From IMG/VR virus record IMGVR_UViG_3300032214_000986, positions 32,001-96,000 of that record: 64,000 nucleotides of DNA. One strand, written 5' to 3'. The stretch's first letter is position 1, and every line of letters starts with the position of its first letter. The notes under the pieces are model-generated. The model saw nothing but the letters and a program-made list of their open reading frames with translations. It did no database searches and was not told the DNA's origin. Below, in pieces: positions 30,346 to 41,900 of this stretch. Position numbers and translations under genes: made by a program. Origin of the DNA: a virus.

Positions 30346-32072
30346 TGAAAAAATTATCAGTATTGGTTCCAAGTTATAATTTTGGTGAATTTATAACCGA
30401 TTGTGTTGACTCGATATATAATCAAAAAACAAATTTTGATTTTGAAGTTATTGTTAGAGATGATAAATCTAATGATAACACAAATGAAAAATTAGAACTT
30501 TTAAAAGAAAAATACCCGAGTATCATCATACTTGATGGGTCGGTAAATTTAGGAGCATTTCATAATATAAAATTACTTTATGAAAGTGCAAACTCGGAGT
30601 ATGTTGCATATCTTGACGGTGACGATATGTTTGGTGACACGGACAAACTACAAAGACAGGTGGAATTTTTAGATACCCACCCGGAATATGTTATGCACTT
30701 TACAGGTACTCGATACTTGAAACAAGATGGTACTATTTTTCCAAACGATTCGAGATTAATATGTTCTGTTAAAGATATTATAACAATTTATGATTTATTA
30801 GAATCTAATTATGTTGGGTTTGGTAGAATGTTTAGAAAACTACCCAATATTTTTAAAGAAAAGTATTCCGATTTACCGTATGTTGATTGGCCAACAAGTT
30901 ATGAGTTAAGTAAGTACGGATCAATATTCTATGAAGATTTTTTTGGTGGTTTGTATAGGATATCAAGTACAGGTATATACTCAACATTAAGTGAAGAAGA
31001 AAAACAATCGGGAGCTAACTTAGTTCGTAAAGTGATTAATGATGATTACATGTTAGAAAATATGAAACCAATCACAATCATAGATTGTTTTATACACACA
31101 AACGAAGTTTTAAATAAACTACGTCTTTCGTTACATAATTTAAAAAAATACGGTAATAAAATACTATTAGTTACCAATACTACCCCACCACAGGATATAA
31201 TTGAAAGTGTTGATTTTTTGTTTTACAACACAGAAAATAAACTATTCGAGGAGGAATATGAAAACGTCGGGTTAGTTGATTTGTGGAAGGCATATGATAT
31301 GATAGTCATCCACGAAATCACTAAAGACATACAAAGACACGGGTTGTCAGTAATGTGTAACCTTTTTAATAGTTTGGATATTGCAAAATCCTTAGGTTTT
31401 ACACACTTCCAAAGAATTGAGGTTGATGACATGTTCACAGATGATGGTTACGATTATATGATGACAGTACCTAATAAATGTGTAGAACAAAATAAAAAAT
31501 CATTATTTTATATTAATGAGGGAAGAGATATATCATTTCATTATTTCTTCTCTGAAATTGACTTCTTTTTAAATAATGTGAATAGGGTTACTGATGAAAA
31601 ATCATATAGGGATTATGTTAGAAAAAACGGATACGGAAATGATTTTATAAATGTTGAAAAGTATGTTTATAACAACTTACTTAAAACAGGGTTATCAGAC
31701 ATACTTGTAAGGAACGGTGAGGATGACATGGATTCAGATTTTCCTAACACATTATGGAATAGCATTTCAACTCAATCTAATTTACCAACAAAATTTAATG
31801 GATGTTCGACTAAAATTTATAGGGTAGAGGGGTCAACGAATCTTTCAGTATTAAGTTTCAATTATAATGATTTTCAATCATTAAGGAAGATTGTTGTTTG
31901 TTTTGAAAATAATGAAATTACAATACACCACAGACTTGATTATGACGGAGCATGGATGTATAATATTTTTGAAGATGAGATTAAAAAAATAAAAGTATAT
32001 GACGATAAAACGAATGAGTTTTTATACGAAATAGAAAATAAAGAAATTTGGGATAAAATAGAATTTAAATAA
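30345..32072 (+). CDS. GT2 glycosyltransferase with an additional C-terminal domain
   Basis: LSVLVPSYN, EVIVRDDKSND, YVAYLDGDD, KLQRQVEFL. Confidence 0.88.
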   Translation: MKKLSVLVPSYNFGEFITDCVDSIYNQKTNFDFEVIVRDDKSNDNTNEKLELLKEKYPSIIILDGSVNLGAFHNIKLLYESANSEYVAYLDGDDMFGDTDKLQRQVEFLDTHPEYVMHFTGTRYLKQDGTIFPNDSRLICSVKDIITIYDLLESNYVGFGRMFRKLPNIFKEKYSDLPYVDWPTSYELSKYGSIFYEDFFGGLYRISSTGIYSTLSEEEKQSGANLVRKVINDDYMLENMKPITIIDCFIHTNEVLNKLRLSLHNLKKYGNKILLVTNTTPPQDIIESVDFLFYNTENKLFEEEYENVGLVDLWKAYDMIVIHEITKDIQRHGLSVMCNLFNSLDIAKSLGFTHFQRIEVDDMFTDDGYDYMMTVPNKCVEQNKKSLFYINEGRDISFHYFFSEIDFFLNNVNRVTDEKSYRDYVRKNGYGNDFINVEKYVYNNLLKTGLSDILVRNGEDDMDSDFPNTLWNSISTQSNLPTKFNGCSTKIYRVEGSTNLSVLSFNYNDFQSLRKIVVCFENNEITIHHRLDYDGAWMYNIFEDEIKKIKVYDDKTNEFLYEIENKEIWDKIEFK

Positions 32073-32073
32073 A

Positions 32074-34194
32074 ATGAAAATAACTCACGTAACACCAGGA
32101 TTAATAACAATTCCACCTAATGGATGGGGAGCAATTGAAAAGGTGATTTGGAATTACCATCTAAACTTACAATGTCAAGGACATGAGTCTGAAATTAAAT
32201 ATTTAAGTGAGGTTGATAGGAATTCAGATATTATTCACATTCATGTTGCAAATTTAGCTATCGAGGCACATGAAATGGGGATACCGTATATTTTTTCATT
32301 ACACGACCACCATGTTGTTGAATATGGTAGGGATTCCGAACTGTATCAATTAAATTTAAAAGCAATAAAAAATTCAATTATTTCGTTTTGCCATGCCGAA
32401 TTTTTGGTTGATTATTTTATTGAAACTGACAAGTTATTTTATTTATCTCACGGGGTTGATACTGAGTTTTTTGATAACCTAAGTTCAGAGGGAATACCTA
32501 ACCATAAAATATTATGTCTCGCAAATAATGGTTTTGCATATAACCAATCAATAGATAGGAAAGGATTTAGATACGCAATAGAAGCAGCAAGAGAATTAGA
32601 TTTAGAAATTACGGTGGCAGGGCCTGATAATAATAAAAACTTTTTTGATTCAAACCCTGACCTATTAGAATACGAAAAGTTGACCGTGATTTACGGTAAC
32701 CCTGACGAAGAGTCAATTAAGAGATTATATAACACACATACAATATTTGCTCACCCATCTATTTTAGAGGCGGGACACCCAAATTTAACATTATTAGAGG
32801 CGATGTCTTGCGGGTTACCAACAGTCGGTACTTACGACGGTGCACCAAAAATAGGAGGTTTAAGAAAGATTGAAAGAAACACTGATTCAGTGGTCGATGG
32901 TCTTAAGTACGTTATTGAACATTGGGGGAAGTTATTTAATGAAACCAAAGAGACAAGGAATGATTTTGATTGGTCAACAATAACAAAAAGGTTAATTAAT
33001 ATTTATAGTTCTGTTGCAATCATAAATAAAAACTATAAATCGGAAGACACTAAAAATCTTTTAGTTGATACCTTAACTAACACAAAAATACAGTACAGAG
33101 AACCAAGAGAAAATGTTTCATTTAGTTTACATTTTGTTGGATCACCAACGATAGAAATAAAAGGATCAGGAGATAAAAAATATACTGTAGAATTTTGGGA
33201 TGGAGACGTTTTAACTTATCGTTCTGAACTATCTCCAAATATGTGGGCAAAATTAAATACTTTATATTATAAACCGTGGACTTGTAAAATATTTAATGGT
33301 GACGAGTTGGTGTATGAACATAAGTTAAACCTTAAAAATAAAAAGGTTTATGTTTCCTTAGAATCAAAATCTTTAGGTGATACAATGGCTTGGCTTCCAC
33401 AATGTGAAGAATTTAGAAAGGTTCACGATTGTGAATTAATAGTGTCTACATTTATGAATGATTTATTTATTGGTCAATACCCAAACATTAAATTTGTAAA
33501 TCCTGGTGATGTTGTACATGACCTTTACGCTATGTATAATATTGGTTGGTTTAATGAAGGTGATAATGTTGATTATAATAGACACCCAAACGATTTTAAA
33601 AAACAACCTCTACAAAAAACCGCATCAGATATTTTAGGTCTACAACATAAAGAAGTAAGACCATTATTAAATTTACCAAAAGTAGAAAAACAAAAAAAAG
33701 TAGGTCTCGGTATACATTCAACCGCACAGGCAAAATATTGGAATAACCCAAACGGGTGGCAAGAAGTGGTTGACCACTTAAGAATGTTAGGTTATGAATG
33801 TGTGATATATTCAAATGAAGGTGATGGTTATATGGGTAATTTTTACCCAAAAAACGCAACCGTATTTAAAAGTGGTGACATTAAAGATGTTATAAATGAC
33901 TTATCCACTTGTGAATTTTTCATAGGGTTAGGGTCAGGATTAAGTTGGTTGGCATGGGCTTGTGAACTACCCGTAATTTTAATTTCAGGTTTTAGTGAAA
34001 AATGGGCTGAAATGGAATTAGACGTTTATCGAGTAATAAATGAAAATGTATGTCACGGTTGTTTCAATAATGAAAAATTCGATGCGGGAGATTGGAATTG
34101 GTGTCCAAAACTTAAGGGAACCAAAAGACAATTTGAGTGTACGAAAACTATATCATCTGAAATGGTTATTAATAAAATCAATAATTTACTTTAA
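32074..34194 (+). CDS. GT4 glycosyltransferase fused to an Aah/TibC-type (autotransporter strand-loop-strand) protein O-heptosyltransferase domain
   Basis: N-terminal PPNGWGAIEK...LLEAMSCGLP; C-terminal SLGDTMAW, STAQAKYWNNP.GW, FFIGLGSGLSWLAW, ISGFS, Cys motif CHGC...WNWCP...FECTK. Confidence 0.85.
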   Translation: MKITHVTPGLITIPPNGWGAIEKVIWNYHLNLQCQGHESEIKYLSEVDRNSDIIHIHVANLAIEAHEMGIPYIFSLHDHHVVEYGRDSELYQLNLKAIKNSIISFCHAEFLVDYFIETDKLFYLSHGVDTEFFDNLSSEGIPNHKILCLANNGFAYNQSIDRKGFRYAIEAARELDLEITVAGPDNNKNFFDSNPDLLEYEKLTVIYGNPDEESIKRLYNTHTIFAHPSILEAGHPNLTLLEAMSCGLPTVGTYDGAPKIGGLRKIERNTDSVVDGLKYVIEHWGKLFNETKETRNDFDWSTITKRLINIYSSVAIINKNYKSEDTKNLLVDTLTNTKIQYREPRENVSFSLHFVGSPTIEIKGSGDKKYTVEFWDGDVLTYRSELSPNMWAKLNTLYYKPWTCKIFNGDELVYEHKLNLKNKKVYVSLESKSLGDTMAWLPQCEEFRKVHDCELIVSTFMNDLFIGQYPNIKFVNPGDVVHDLYAMYNIGWFNEGDNVDYNRHPNDFKKQPLQKTASDILGLQHKEVRPLLNLPKVEKQKKVGLGIHSTAQAKYWNNPNGWQEVVDHLRMLGYECVIYSNEGDGYMGNFYPKNATVFKSGDIKDVINDLSTCEFFIGLGSGLSWLAWACELPVILISGFSEKWAEMELDVYRVINENVCHGCFNNEKFDAGDWNWCPKLKGTKRQFECTKTISSEMVINKINNLL

Positions 34195-34198
34195 GATA

Positions 34199-34828
34199 TT
34201 AACAAGGACCTTGATAATCTAATCTTGGTATACCTGGATCCCAGTACCAACAATCGGTACCATCGGAATAGAAACCACCTTGTGCTGGTGTCCTACATGT
34301 ATCGTCATCATAAATACCGAAGGCATTTGATAAATTACAATCGGCTAATTTACATATTGAAAGGTAAACCATTCGTGGATCGTTACATGAACAAGCTTCA
34401 CTACAATCATTTCCAAAACATAACTCAACAACACAACAATCACGATCACATTCAGTAGGTGTAGGCGTTGGTGTTGGTTCGGCAGCTGTAGGTGTAGGTG
34501 TAGGTGTTGGTGGTACAGGTGTAGGTGTCGGTGTTGGAGTTCTTGTTGGTGTAGGTGTTGGAGGTACAGGTGTAGGTGTTGGCGTAGGACTAATAGTTGG
34601 TGTCGGTGTTGGTGTTCTTGTAGGTGTTGGACTAATTGTCGGTGTAGGTGTTGGCGTAGGTGTTCTTGTTGGTGTTGGAGTCGGTGTAGGACTAATAGTC
34701 GGTGTAGGTGTCGGCGCTACGGGACAAAACGCATTCTCGTCCCAATATTGTATACTGGCTTTCGCCTTATCCGTAACTTTAGATACGCTAACACATAAAA
34801 CATCATTTATTTTAGTTATTACTCCCAT
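34199..34828 (-). CDS. Pro-Thr linker protein with a Cys-rich C-terminal domain
   Basis: About 87 aa of (PT)n followed by a domain with about 10 Cys. Confidence 0.8.
   Translation of the reverse strand: MGVITKINDVLCVSVSKVTDKAKASIQYWDENAFCPVAPTPTPTISPTPTPTPTRTPTPTPTPTISPTPTRTPTPTPTISPTPTPTPVPPTPTPTRTPTPTPTPVPPTPTPTPTAAEPTPTPTPTECDRDCCVVELCFGNDCSEACSCNDPRMVYLSICKLADCNLSNAFGIYDDDTCRTPAQGGFYSDGTDCWYWDPGIPRLDYQGPC
34454..34714. repeat. (Pro-Thr)n coding repeat
   Basis: ggtgta/ggtgtt hexamer array. Confidence 0.9.
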
Positions 34829-34829
34829 A

Positions 34830-37800
34830 TTATGCCAATTCTACCCAATCATTTGATGGGTTAAAGTAAAGTTCATCCGCCGCAATCGCATAACCAACAA
34901 CTCTAACAATATCCGCAGTCCCTGTTGGTTGAGTAGATGAAAGACCTCCGGCGGTTACAGACAAATAAACAGGTGCACCAATTGTAAATGACCAAGATGT
35001 ATTTTTAAAGTACCCTCTAATTAACATACCTCTATTAAAACCTGCGGCTGTTGTTGCAATAGCTAATAAATTTCTAGATGAGGACGCAGCATCCGCATCC
35101 GCAGCAATCCATGTTGATGAAGAAGAAAGATAGTAAACATTACCTGCAACAACACCACTACCTATATCCCCAATTGATAATGCCTCACCATACCATTGAC
35201 CATTAGTTGTAAGAACCGTAACAGGGTCTGTATTAATTTTCCACGATCCAGCACCTCTTGTAACTTCTAATTCCCCATCAACGGTTGCGTCCACCGAAAC
35301 TGTCACATTACCCGTTACCGCTAAAGTGGTCCCATTAAATGTTAAGTTTGGTTCTGAATTTGCCGAATTTGCCGTTCCGTTAGCGGTTAATACGTTATTA
35401 TCGGTTGTTGGTGAAATGGTTGTGAACCCTGTACCACTAGAACCCGCACTTCCTGAGGATCCTGAAGAACCTCTAGTACCCGATGTCCCACTAGACCCTG
35501 ACGACCCACTTGACCCTGACGATCCGCTAGAACCTGATGTTCCACTATTACCTGAACTACCACTAGATCCTGAAGTTCCATTCGCTCCGCTTGTTCCACT
35601 TGATCCAGATGTTCCACTATTACCTGAACTACCACTAGATCCTGAAGTTCCCGTATTACCTGAACTACCACTAGATCCTGATGTACCTGTGTTTCCTGAA
35701 GTTCCGCTCGACCCACTTGTACCCGCAGCTCCCGATGCTCCTGAAGAACCACTAGTCCCTGAAGTACCACTAGATCCTGATGTCCCCGTATTACCTGACG
35801 ATCCGCTCGACCCTGACGAACCTCTTGTCCCCGATGTACCACTTGAACCACTATTACCTGACGATCCGGATGTGCCTGTATTTCCTGATGACCCCGATGT
35901 TCCATTCGCACCACTCGTACCTGAACTACCACTTGTCCCACTATTACCTGAAGAACCTGACGTTCCGCTATTTCCTGAAGAACCACTAGAACCTGATGTT
36001 CCACTATTTCCTGAAGAACCACTACTTCCACTTGTTCCTGAAGAACCCGATGTTCCGCTATTACCCGATGAACCACTTGATCCTGAAGTACCATTTGCTC
36101 CGCTTGTTCCACTAGAACCCGATGTTCCACTATTTCCTGAAGAACCACTTGATCCTGATGTTCCATTTGCTCCGCTTGTTCCTGAAGAACCTGATGTTCC
36201 GCTATTACCTGAACTACCACTACTTCCACTTGTTCCTGAAGAACCTCTTGTACCCGAAGTACCGCTCGAACCTGATGACCCACTTGAACCTGACGATCCA
36301 CTTGAACCTGATGTTCCGCTATTACCTGAACTACCACTACTTCCACTTGTTCCTGAAGAACCTGACGTTCCACTATTACCCGAAGAACCGCTAGACCCCG
36401 AAGTACCATTTGCGCCACTCGTTCCTGAGCTCCCTGATGTTCCACTATTACCTGATGAACCACTTGAACCTGATGTTCCACTATTACCTGATGAACCACT
36501 CGTACCACTCGTTCCTGAAGAGCCTGATGTTCCACTATTACCCGATGACCCTGAAGTACCTGCAGAACCACTTGATCCTGAAGTACCATTTGCGCCGCTC
36601 GTACCACTAGAACCTGAAGTTCCACTATTTCCTGAAGAACCGCTAGACCCCGATGTTCCATTTGCTCCTGAAGTACCGCTAGTACCGGACGAACCTCTTG
36701 TTCCTGAGGTACCACTCGATCCCGAACTACCTGATGATCCTGACGACCCACTAGATCCGGACGTTCCGCTATTTCCTGAAGAACCTGAAGTCCCACTTGT
36801 ACCGCTAGAACCTGAAGTTCCACTATTTCCCGAAGAACCGCTAGAACCTGAAGTCCCACTATTACCTGAAGAACCACTACTACCTGCAGACCCTGAACTA
36901 CCACTGGTTCCTGACGTACCTGAAGACCCGCTCGTACCGCTATTACCCGATGAACCTGAAGACCCCGCACTTCCGCTAGATCCAGATGTTCCTGAGCTAC
37001 CTGATGTTCCGCTATTTCCGCTTGAACCTGAAGACCCCGCACTTCCGCTAGATCCACTCGTACCCGAACTTCCTGAAGTACCGCTATTTCCACTTGAACC
37101 TGAAGAACCGCTAGATCCGTTTGTTCCACTAGTACCTGATGTACCTGACGAACCTCTAGTACCTGAGGTACCACTTGATCCGGACGAACCTGATGAACCA
37201 CTCGAACCTGCAGAACCGGATGTACCCGATGTTCCGCTTGAACCTGAAGTCCCACTATTTCCTGATGATCCGCTCGTCCCTGAAGAACCTGATGTTCCAC
37301 TATTTCCTGAAGATCCGCTAGATCCCGCACTACCGCTAGACCCTGACGTACCACTTGTTCCTGAAGAACCCGAAGTTCCACTATTACCTGAACTACCACT
37401 TGAACCTGATGTACCACTAGAACCATTTGTCCCACTAGTTCCTGATGTGCCTGATGATCCTCTTGTTCCTGATGTACCGCTTGAACCAGCAGACCCTGAA
37501 CTACCTGAAGAACCCGCAGAACCAGATGACCCACTTGTTCCTGACGTTCCGCTAGTACCACTAGAACCAGATGTACCACTATTTCCTGAAGAACCGCTTG
37601 ATCCTGATGTTCCGCTATTACCACTTGAACCTGAGCTTCCTGATGTACCACTTGTGCCTGAGCTTCCTGATGTACCACTTGAACCGGCAGACCCTGAACT
37701 ACCTGAAGAACCGGATGTTCCACTATTTCCTGAAGACCCACTTGAGCCTGATGTACCGCTTGTTCCTGAAGAACCAGATGTTCCACTATTTCCACTTGAA

Positions 37801-38819
37801 CCTGAACTACCACTTGATCCTGCAGAACCCGAAGTACCACTATTACCCGAACTACCACTACTTCCACTTGAACCACTAGTTCCTGATGTACCGCTTGAAC
37901 CAGCAGACCCTGAACTACCTGAAGAACCACTTGTTCCCGCACTTCCACTAGCCCCTGATGTTCCACTCGTACCTGAACTTCCTGATGACCCTGCACTTCC
38001 GCTAGATCCCGAACTACCTGATGTCCCGCTCGACCCGTTTGTTCCACTTGTTCCTGAAGTACCTGATGAACCACTTGAACCCGCACTTCCGCTAGATCCT
38101 GAAGTACCACTATTTCCACTTGAACCTGAGGACCCTGCAGAACCTGAAGTTCCACTTGACCCTGATGTTCCACTATTTCCACTTGAACCTCCCGTACCAC
38201 TACTACCTGAGCTTCCGGCAGATCCTGATGTTCCACTCGTTCCTGAACTTCCTGATGTCCCGCTATTTCCACTTGACCCTGACGTTCCGCTCGTACCACT
38301 AGACCCCGAAGTTCCACTATTACCTGAAGACCCACTTGACCCTGCACTACCCGCAGAACCTGAACTTCCTGATGAACCCGCACTACCGCTAGTTCCGGAT
38401 GTACCACTACTTCCTGAAGACCCTGATGTGCCGCTAGTCCCACTATTTCCTGAAGAACCTGAAGAACCACTACTACCCGCAGAACCGGATGTTCCGCTTG
38501 GACCTACAATGTCCCAATTGGTGTTATCACTTTGGATATATAATGAACCGTATTGTAATAATGTTTTTGTTGATGACCCGTCAATAGTTTGACCTCCTGT
38601 TGTTGCAACAGTTATTGTTCCTGAACCACTATTTTTAATTACGAAAACTTGACCTTGTATCCCTACCGCAGTTGGTAAGGTTACGGTAAATGTTCCTGAA
38701 ACACAATCAACTAAATAGTTTTCTGTATTTACAGTGTATGTTGCACTCACCGCAGAATACGGTAAAATGACACCTCCTAAAGATTTTAGGCCGTTACGGG
38801 CTACAAATTTATTACTCAT
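34830..38819 (-). CDS. Gly-X-Ser repeat (collagen-like) putative tail fibre, 1329 aa
   Basis: Globular N-terminus (TVTLPTAVG...IDG), about 1020 aa with Gly at every third position, fibre-type C-terminus (NVLTANG...EPNLTFNG; [10 protein letters not shown]). Confidence 0.85.
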   Translation of the reverse strand: MSNKFVARNGLKSLGGVILPYSAVSATYTVNTENYLVDCVSGTFTVTLPTAVGIQGQVFVIKNSGSGTITVATTGGQTIDGSSTKTLLQYGSLYIQSDNTNWDIVGPSGTSGSAGSSGSSGSSGNSGTSGTSGSSGSSGTSGTSGSAGSSGSSGSAGSAGSSGSSGNSGTSGSSGTSGTSGSSGNSGTSGSSGTSGTSGSAGSSGSSGTGGSSGNSGTSGSSGTSGSAGSSGSSGNSGTSGSSGSAGSSGSSGTSGTSGTNGSSGTSGSSGSSGSAGSSGSSGTSGTSGASGSAGTSGSSGSSGSAGSSGTSGTSGSSGSSGSSGNSGTSGSAGSSGSSGSSGNSGTSGSSGTSGTSGSSGSSGNSGTSGSSGSSGSAGSSGTSGSSGTSGTSGSSGSSGNSGTSGSSGSSGNSGTSGSSGTSGTSGTSGSSGSAGSSGSSGSAGSSGTSGTRGSSGTSGTSGTNGSSGTSGSSGSSGNSGTSGSSGTSGTSGSSGSAGSSGSSGNSGTSGSSGTSGSSGNSGTSGSSGTSGTSGSAGSSGSSGSSGSSGTSGTRGSSGTSGTSGTNGSSGSSGSSGNSGTSGSSGTSGSSGSAGSSGSSGNSGTSGSSGTSGSSGSAGSSGSSGNSGTSGSSGTSGTSGSSGSAGSSGSSGNSGTSGSSGSSGNSGTSGSSGTSGTSGSSGNSGTSGSSGSSGSSGSSGSSGTSGTRGSSGTSGTSGANGTSGSSGSSGNSGTSGSSGTSGANGTSGSSGSAGTSGSSGNSGTSGSSGTSGTSGSSGNSGTSGSSGSSGNSGTSGSSGTSGANGTSGSSGSSGNSGTSGSSGTSGSSGSSGNSGTSGSSGSSGSSGSSGSSGTSGTRGSSGTSGSSGSSGNSGTSGSSGTSGANGTSGSSGSSGNSGTSGSSGTSGANGTSGSSGSSGNSGTSGSSGTSGSSGSSGNSGTSGSSGSSGNSGTSGSSGNSGTSGSSGTSGANGTSGSSGNTGTSGSSGNSGSSGTSGTRGSSGSSGSSGNTGTSGSSGTSGTSGSSGASGAAGTSGSSGTSGNTGTSGSSGSSGNTGTSGSSGSSGNSGTSGSSGTSGANGTSGSSGSSGNSGTSGSSGSSGSSGSSGSSGTSGTRGSSGSSGSAGSSGTGFTTISPTTDNNVLTANGTANSANSEPNLTFNGTTLAVTGNVTVSVDATVDGELEVTRGAGSWKINTDPVTVLTTNGQWYGEALSIGDIGSGVVAGNVYYLSSSSTWIAADADAASSSRNLLAIATTAAGFNRGMLIRGYFKNTSWSFTIGAPVYLSVTAGGLSSTQPTGTADIVRVVGYAIAADELYFNPSNDWVELA
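35427..38498. repeat. Gly-(S/T/N/A)-Ser triplet repeat with scrambled synonymous codons
   Basis: About 340 uninterrupted triplets. Confidence 0.95.
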
Positions 38820-38924
38820 ATAGTTTTTCTTTTTTCCCTATCCAAAAGAAAAGTCGTATTTATGTTTTTATTTAATAAATACTAGATAAGTAAACTTTAT
38901 ACCTTTTTATTTAAAAATATACTT

Positions 38925-41900
38925 TTAGTTAGATAGTAGTATCCTAACATGGACTAATATATCCCATGTCCCACCACCAATCGAAGCGTCGAAATAAAGT
39001 GTAGATGCCGATACAGTTACCTTCCAAATGAAGTCATTAGTTGTCCCGTTTAAATCAGGAGATGAGACATCTGTAGAATCCGCACTACTACCATCCCAAA
39101 CAACATATACTTGTCCCATTCTTTTAGCACCATTATCTCTTGTGACACAATATTCAAAAAATGCCGCACAACCTAAATCAGTACTAAACGATAATATATT
39201 TTGACTGGCAGAAACATTATTATCGGTCGTTGTATTAACTAAATGATATCCTAATTGTCTAAAATCACCATTATCGGTTAACATTGAACCATCAAATGTT
39301 AAGTTAGGTTCGGCAACAATGCCACCCGCACCATCAGAGGTTAATACTTCATTATCACTTCCAGGTACCGTTGGGGAAACTCCTGAAGTACCGCTTGAAC
39401 CTGAAGTACCACTAGTACCTGATGAACCTCTAGTACCAGAAGTACCTGAAGAACCACTAGACCCTGAACTACCACTTGTCCCTGATGTTCCACTTGTACC
39501 TGAACTACCACTTGTCCCTGATGTTCCGCTAGTTCCTGAAGACCCACTCGTCCCATTTGCTCCTGAGGTACCACTAGACCCTGACGATCCACTTGAACCT
39601 GAATTACCACTTGTTCCTGATGTTCCGCTAGTTCCTGAAGACCCACTTGATCCCGAACTACCTGATGAACCTGAACTTCCAGCGGTACCACTAGTACCTG
39701 AAGAACCACTTGTTCCACTAGCACCTGATGTTCCTGAACTACCACTTGTTCCTGCAGACCCTGATGTTCCACTTATACCTGAAGTTCCGCTAGAACCACT
39801 TGATCCTGAACTACCGCTCGTACCCGAAGTTCCGCTAGTTCCTGAAGTACCACTTGTCCCTGAAGAACCTGCACTTCCACTTGACCCCGAGGAACCTGAC
39901 GTTCCACTCGTACCTGTTGAACCCGAACTACCTGACGTTCCACTAGATCCCGATGTCCCGCTACTTCCTGAGGAACCTGACGACCCACTAGATCCAGAAG
40001 ACCCACTTAAACCTGAAGTTCCTGATGTACCTGAAGATCCACTTGACCCTGCAGACCCTGAAGAACCACTTGACCCCGCAGATCCAGATGTTCCTGAACT
40101 ACCTGACGATCCGGTACTTCCGCTAGAACCTGATGTTCCACTTATACCTGAAGTTCCGCTAGAACCACTTGAACCAGCCGAACCACTACTACCACTTGAT
40201 CCTGAAGTTCCGCTAGACCCTGAAGACCCCGTACTACCACTTGAACCTGACGTTCCGCTAGTACCTGAAGACCCTCGAGTTCCACTCGTACCGGAACTAC
40301 CTGAAGACCCTGCACTTCCACTTGATCCTGATGAACCTGAAGTTCCACTTGTTCCTGATAAACCCGCACTCCCACTACTTCCTGATGAACCATTTGTACC
40401 ACTAGTTCCTGATGTACCTGAAGAACCCGAACTACCTACTAAGTAAAAATCTAAACAATAGACAACCCCCGGATTTGGTACAAACCCTATTCCTGAAATA
40501 TGAGATACTCCAAAGGTATGATAAGTACCTGAATCTGTATTCGATGTTATACTAAAGAAAAATGGTCCGTTGGATCCATCTAACCTCACTATTGTACCAA
40601 CAGTGATAGAATCTAAATACGAATCCAAATCCGTACCACTATTTGTTTGGTCACTTACGTATAAAGTATTTGTTGATGGTCCTAATCCAACACTACCATT
40701 TGTAATTAATGTTCCTAAACCTGGTGGGATACCCTCACCCCAATACCAACATCCTACGGCAGATGAGTTACCGCTAGTTCCTGATGAACCACTAGACCCT
40801 GACGTACCACTTGTTCCTGAAGTTCCGCTAGATCCTGAAGACCCGGCACTACCACTCGATCCCGACGAACCTGAACTACCACTTGTTCCGGAAGAACCAC
40901 TTGAACCCGCAGAACCTGAACTTCCTGATGTTCCACTTGTTCCTGAAGTTCCACTTGTTCCTGAAGAACCTGCAGACCCACTTGAACCTGCAGTTCCCGA
41001 TGTGCCACTTGTTCCTGAAGAACCGCCAGTACCACTTGTTCCTGAAGAACCGCCAGTACCACTTGTTCCCGCACTACCTGACGAACCTGAACTACCACTT
41101 AATCCACTAGTTCCACTTGAACCCGAACTACCTGATGAACCACTTGAACCCGAACTACCTGACGTTCCGCTAGTGCCCGATGACCCTGATGTGCCACTAG
41201 ATCCCGATGACCCTGACGCTCCTGAAGAACCTGATGTCCCACTCGAACCGTTGGTTCCGTTTAAACCACTAACTCCTGAAGTTCCTGCAGTACCTGATGT
41301 TCCACTTGTTCCTGATGTCCCACTAGATCCACCACTACCCGATGTCCCCGAACTACCTGAAGAACCACTCGATCCTGAACTTCCTGAAGAACCACTCGAC
41401 CCTGAACTTCCTGATGTGCCGCTCGTTCCTGATGTACCTGAACTTCCGCTTGAACCCGCAGAACCTGAACTTCCGCTAGTTCCTGATGTTCCGCTAGTTC
41501 CTGATGTTCCGCTCGAACCACTTGTTCCTGACAAACCTGATGACCCACTTGATCCCGCACTACCTGACGTACCACTACTACCTGACGTACCACTTGATCC
41601 CGAACTACCACTTGAACCCGAGCTACCACTACTACCACTTGAACCCGCAGAACCTGCACTTCCACTTGATCCTGATGTTCCTGCACTACCACTACTACCA
41701 CTTGAACCTGCAGAACCCGATGTTCCCGCACTCCCGCTAGTACCTGATGTGCCACTTGTACCCGATGTGCCTGAATTACCGCTTGAACCCGCAGAACCTG
41801 AACTTCCGCTTGAACCCGCAGAACCTGAACTACCACTAGACCCTGATGTACCTGACGTTCCACTTGTTCCTGTTGAACCTGAAGAACCACTTGAACCTGA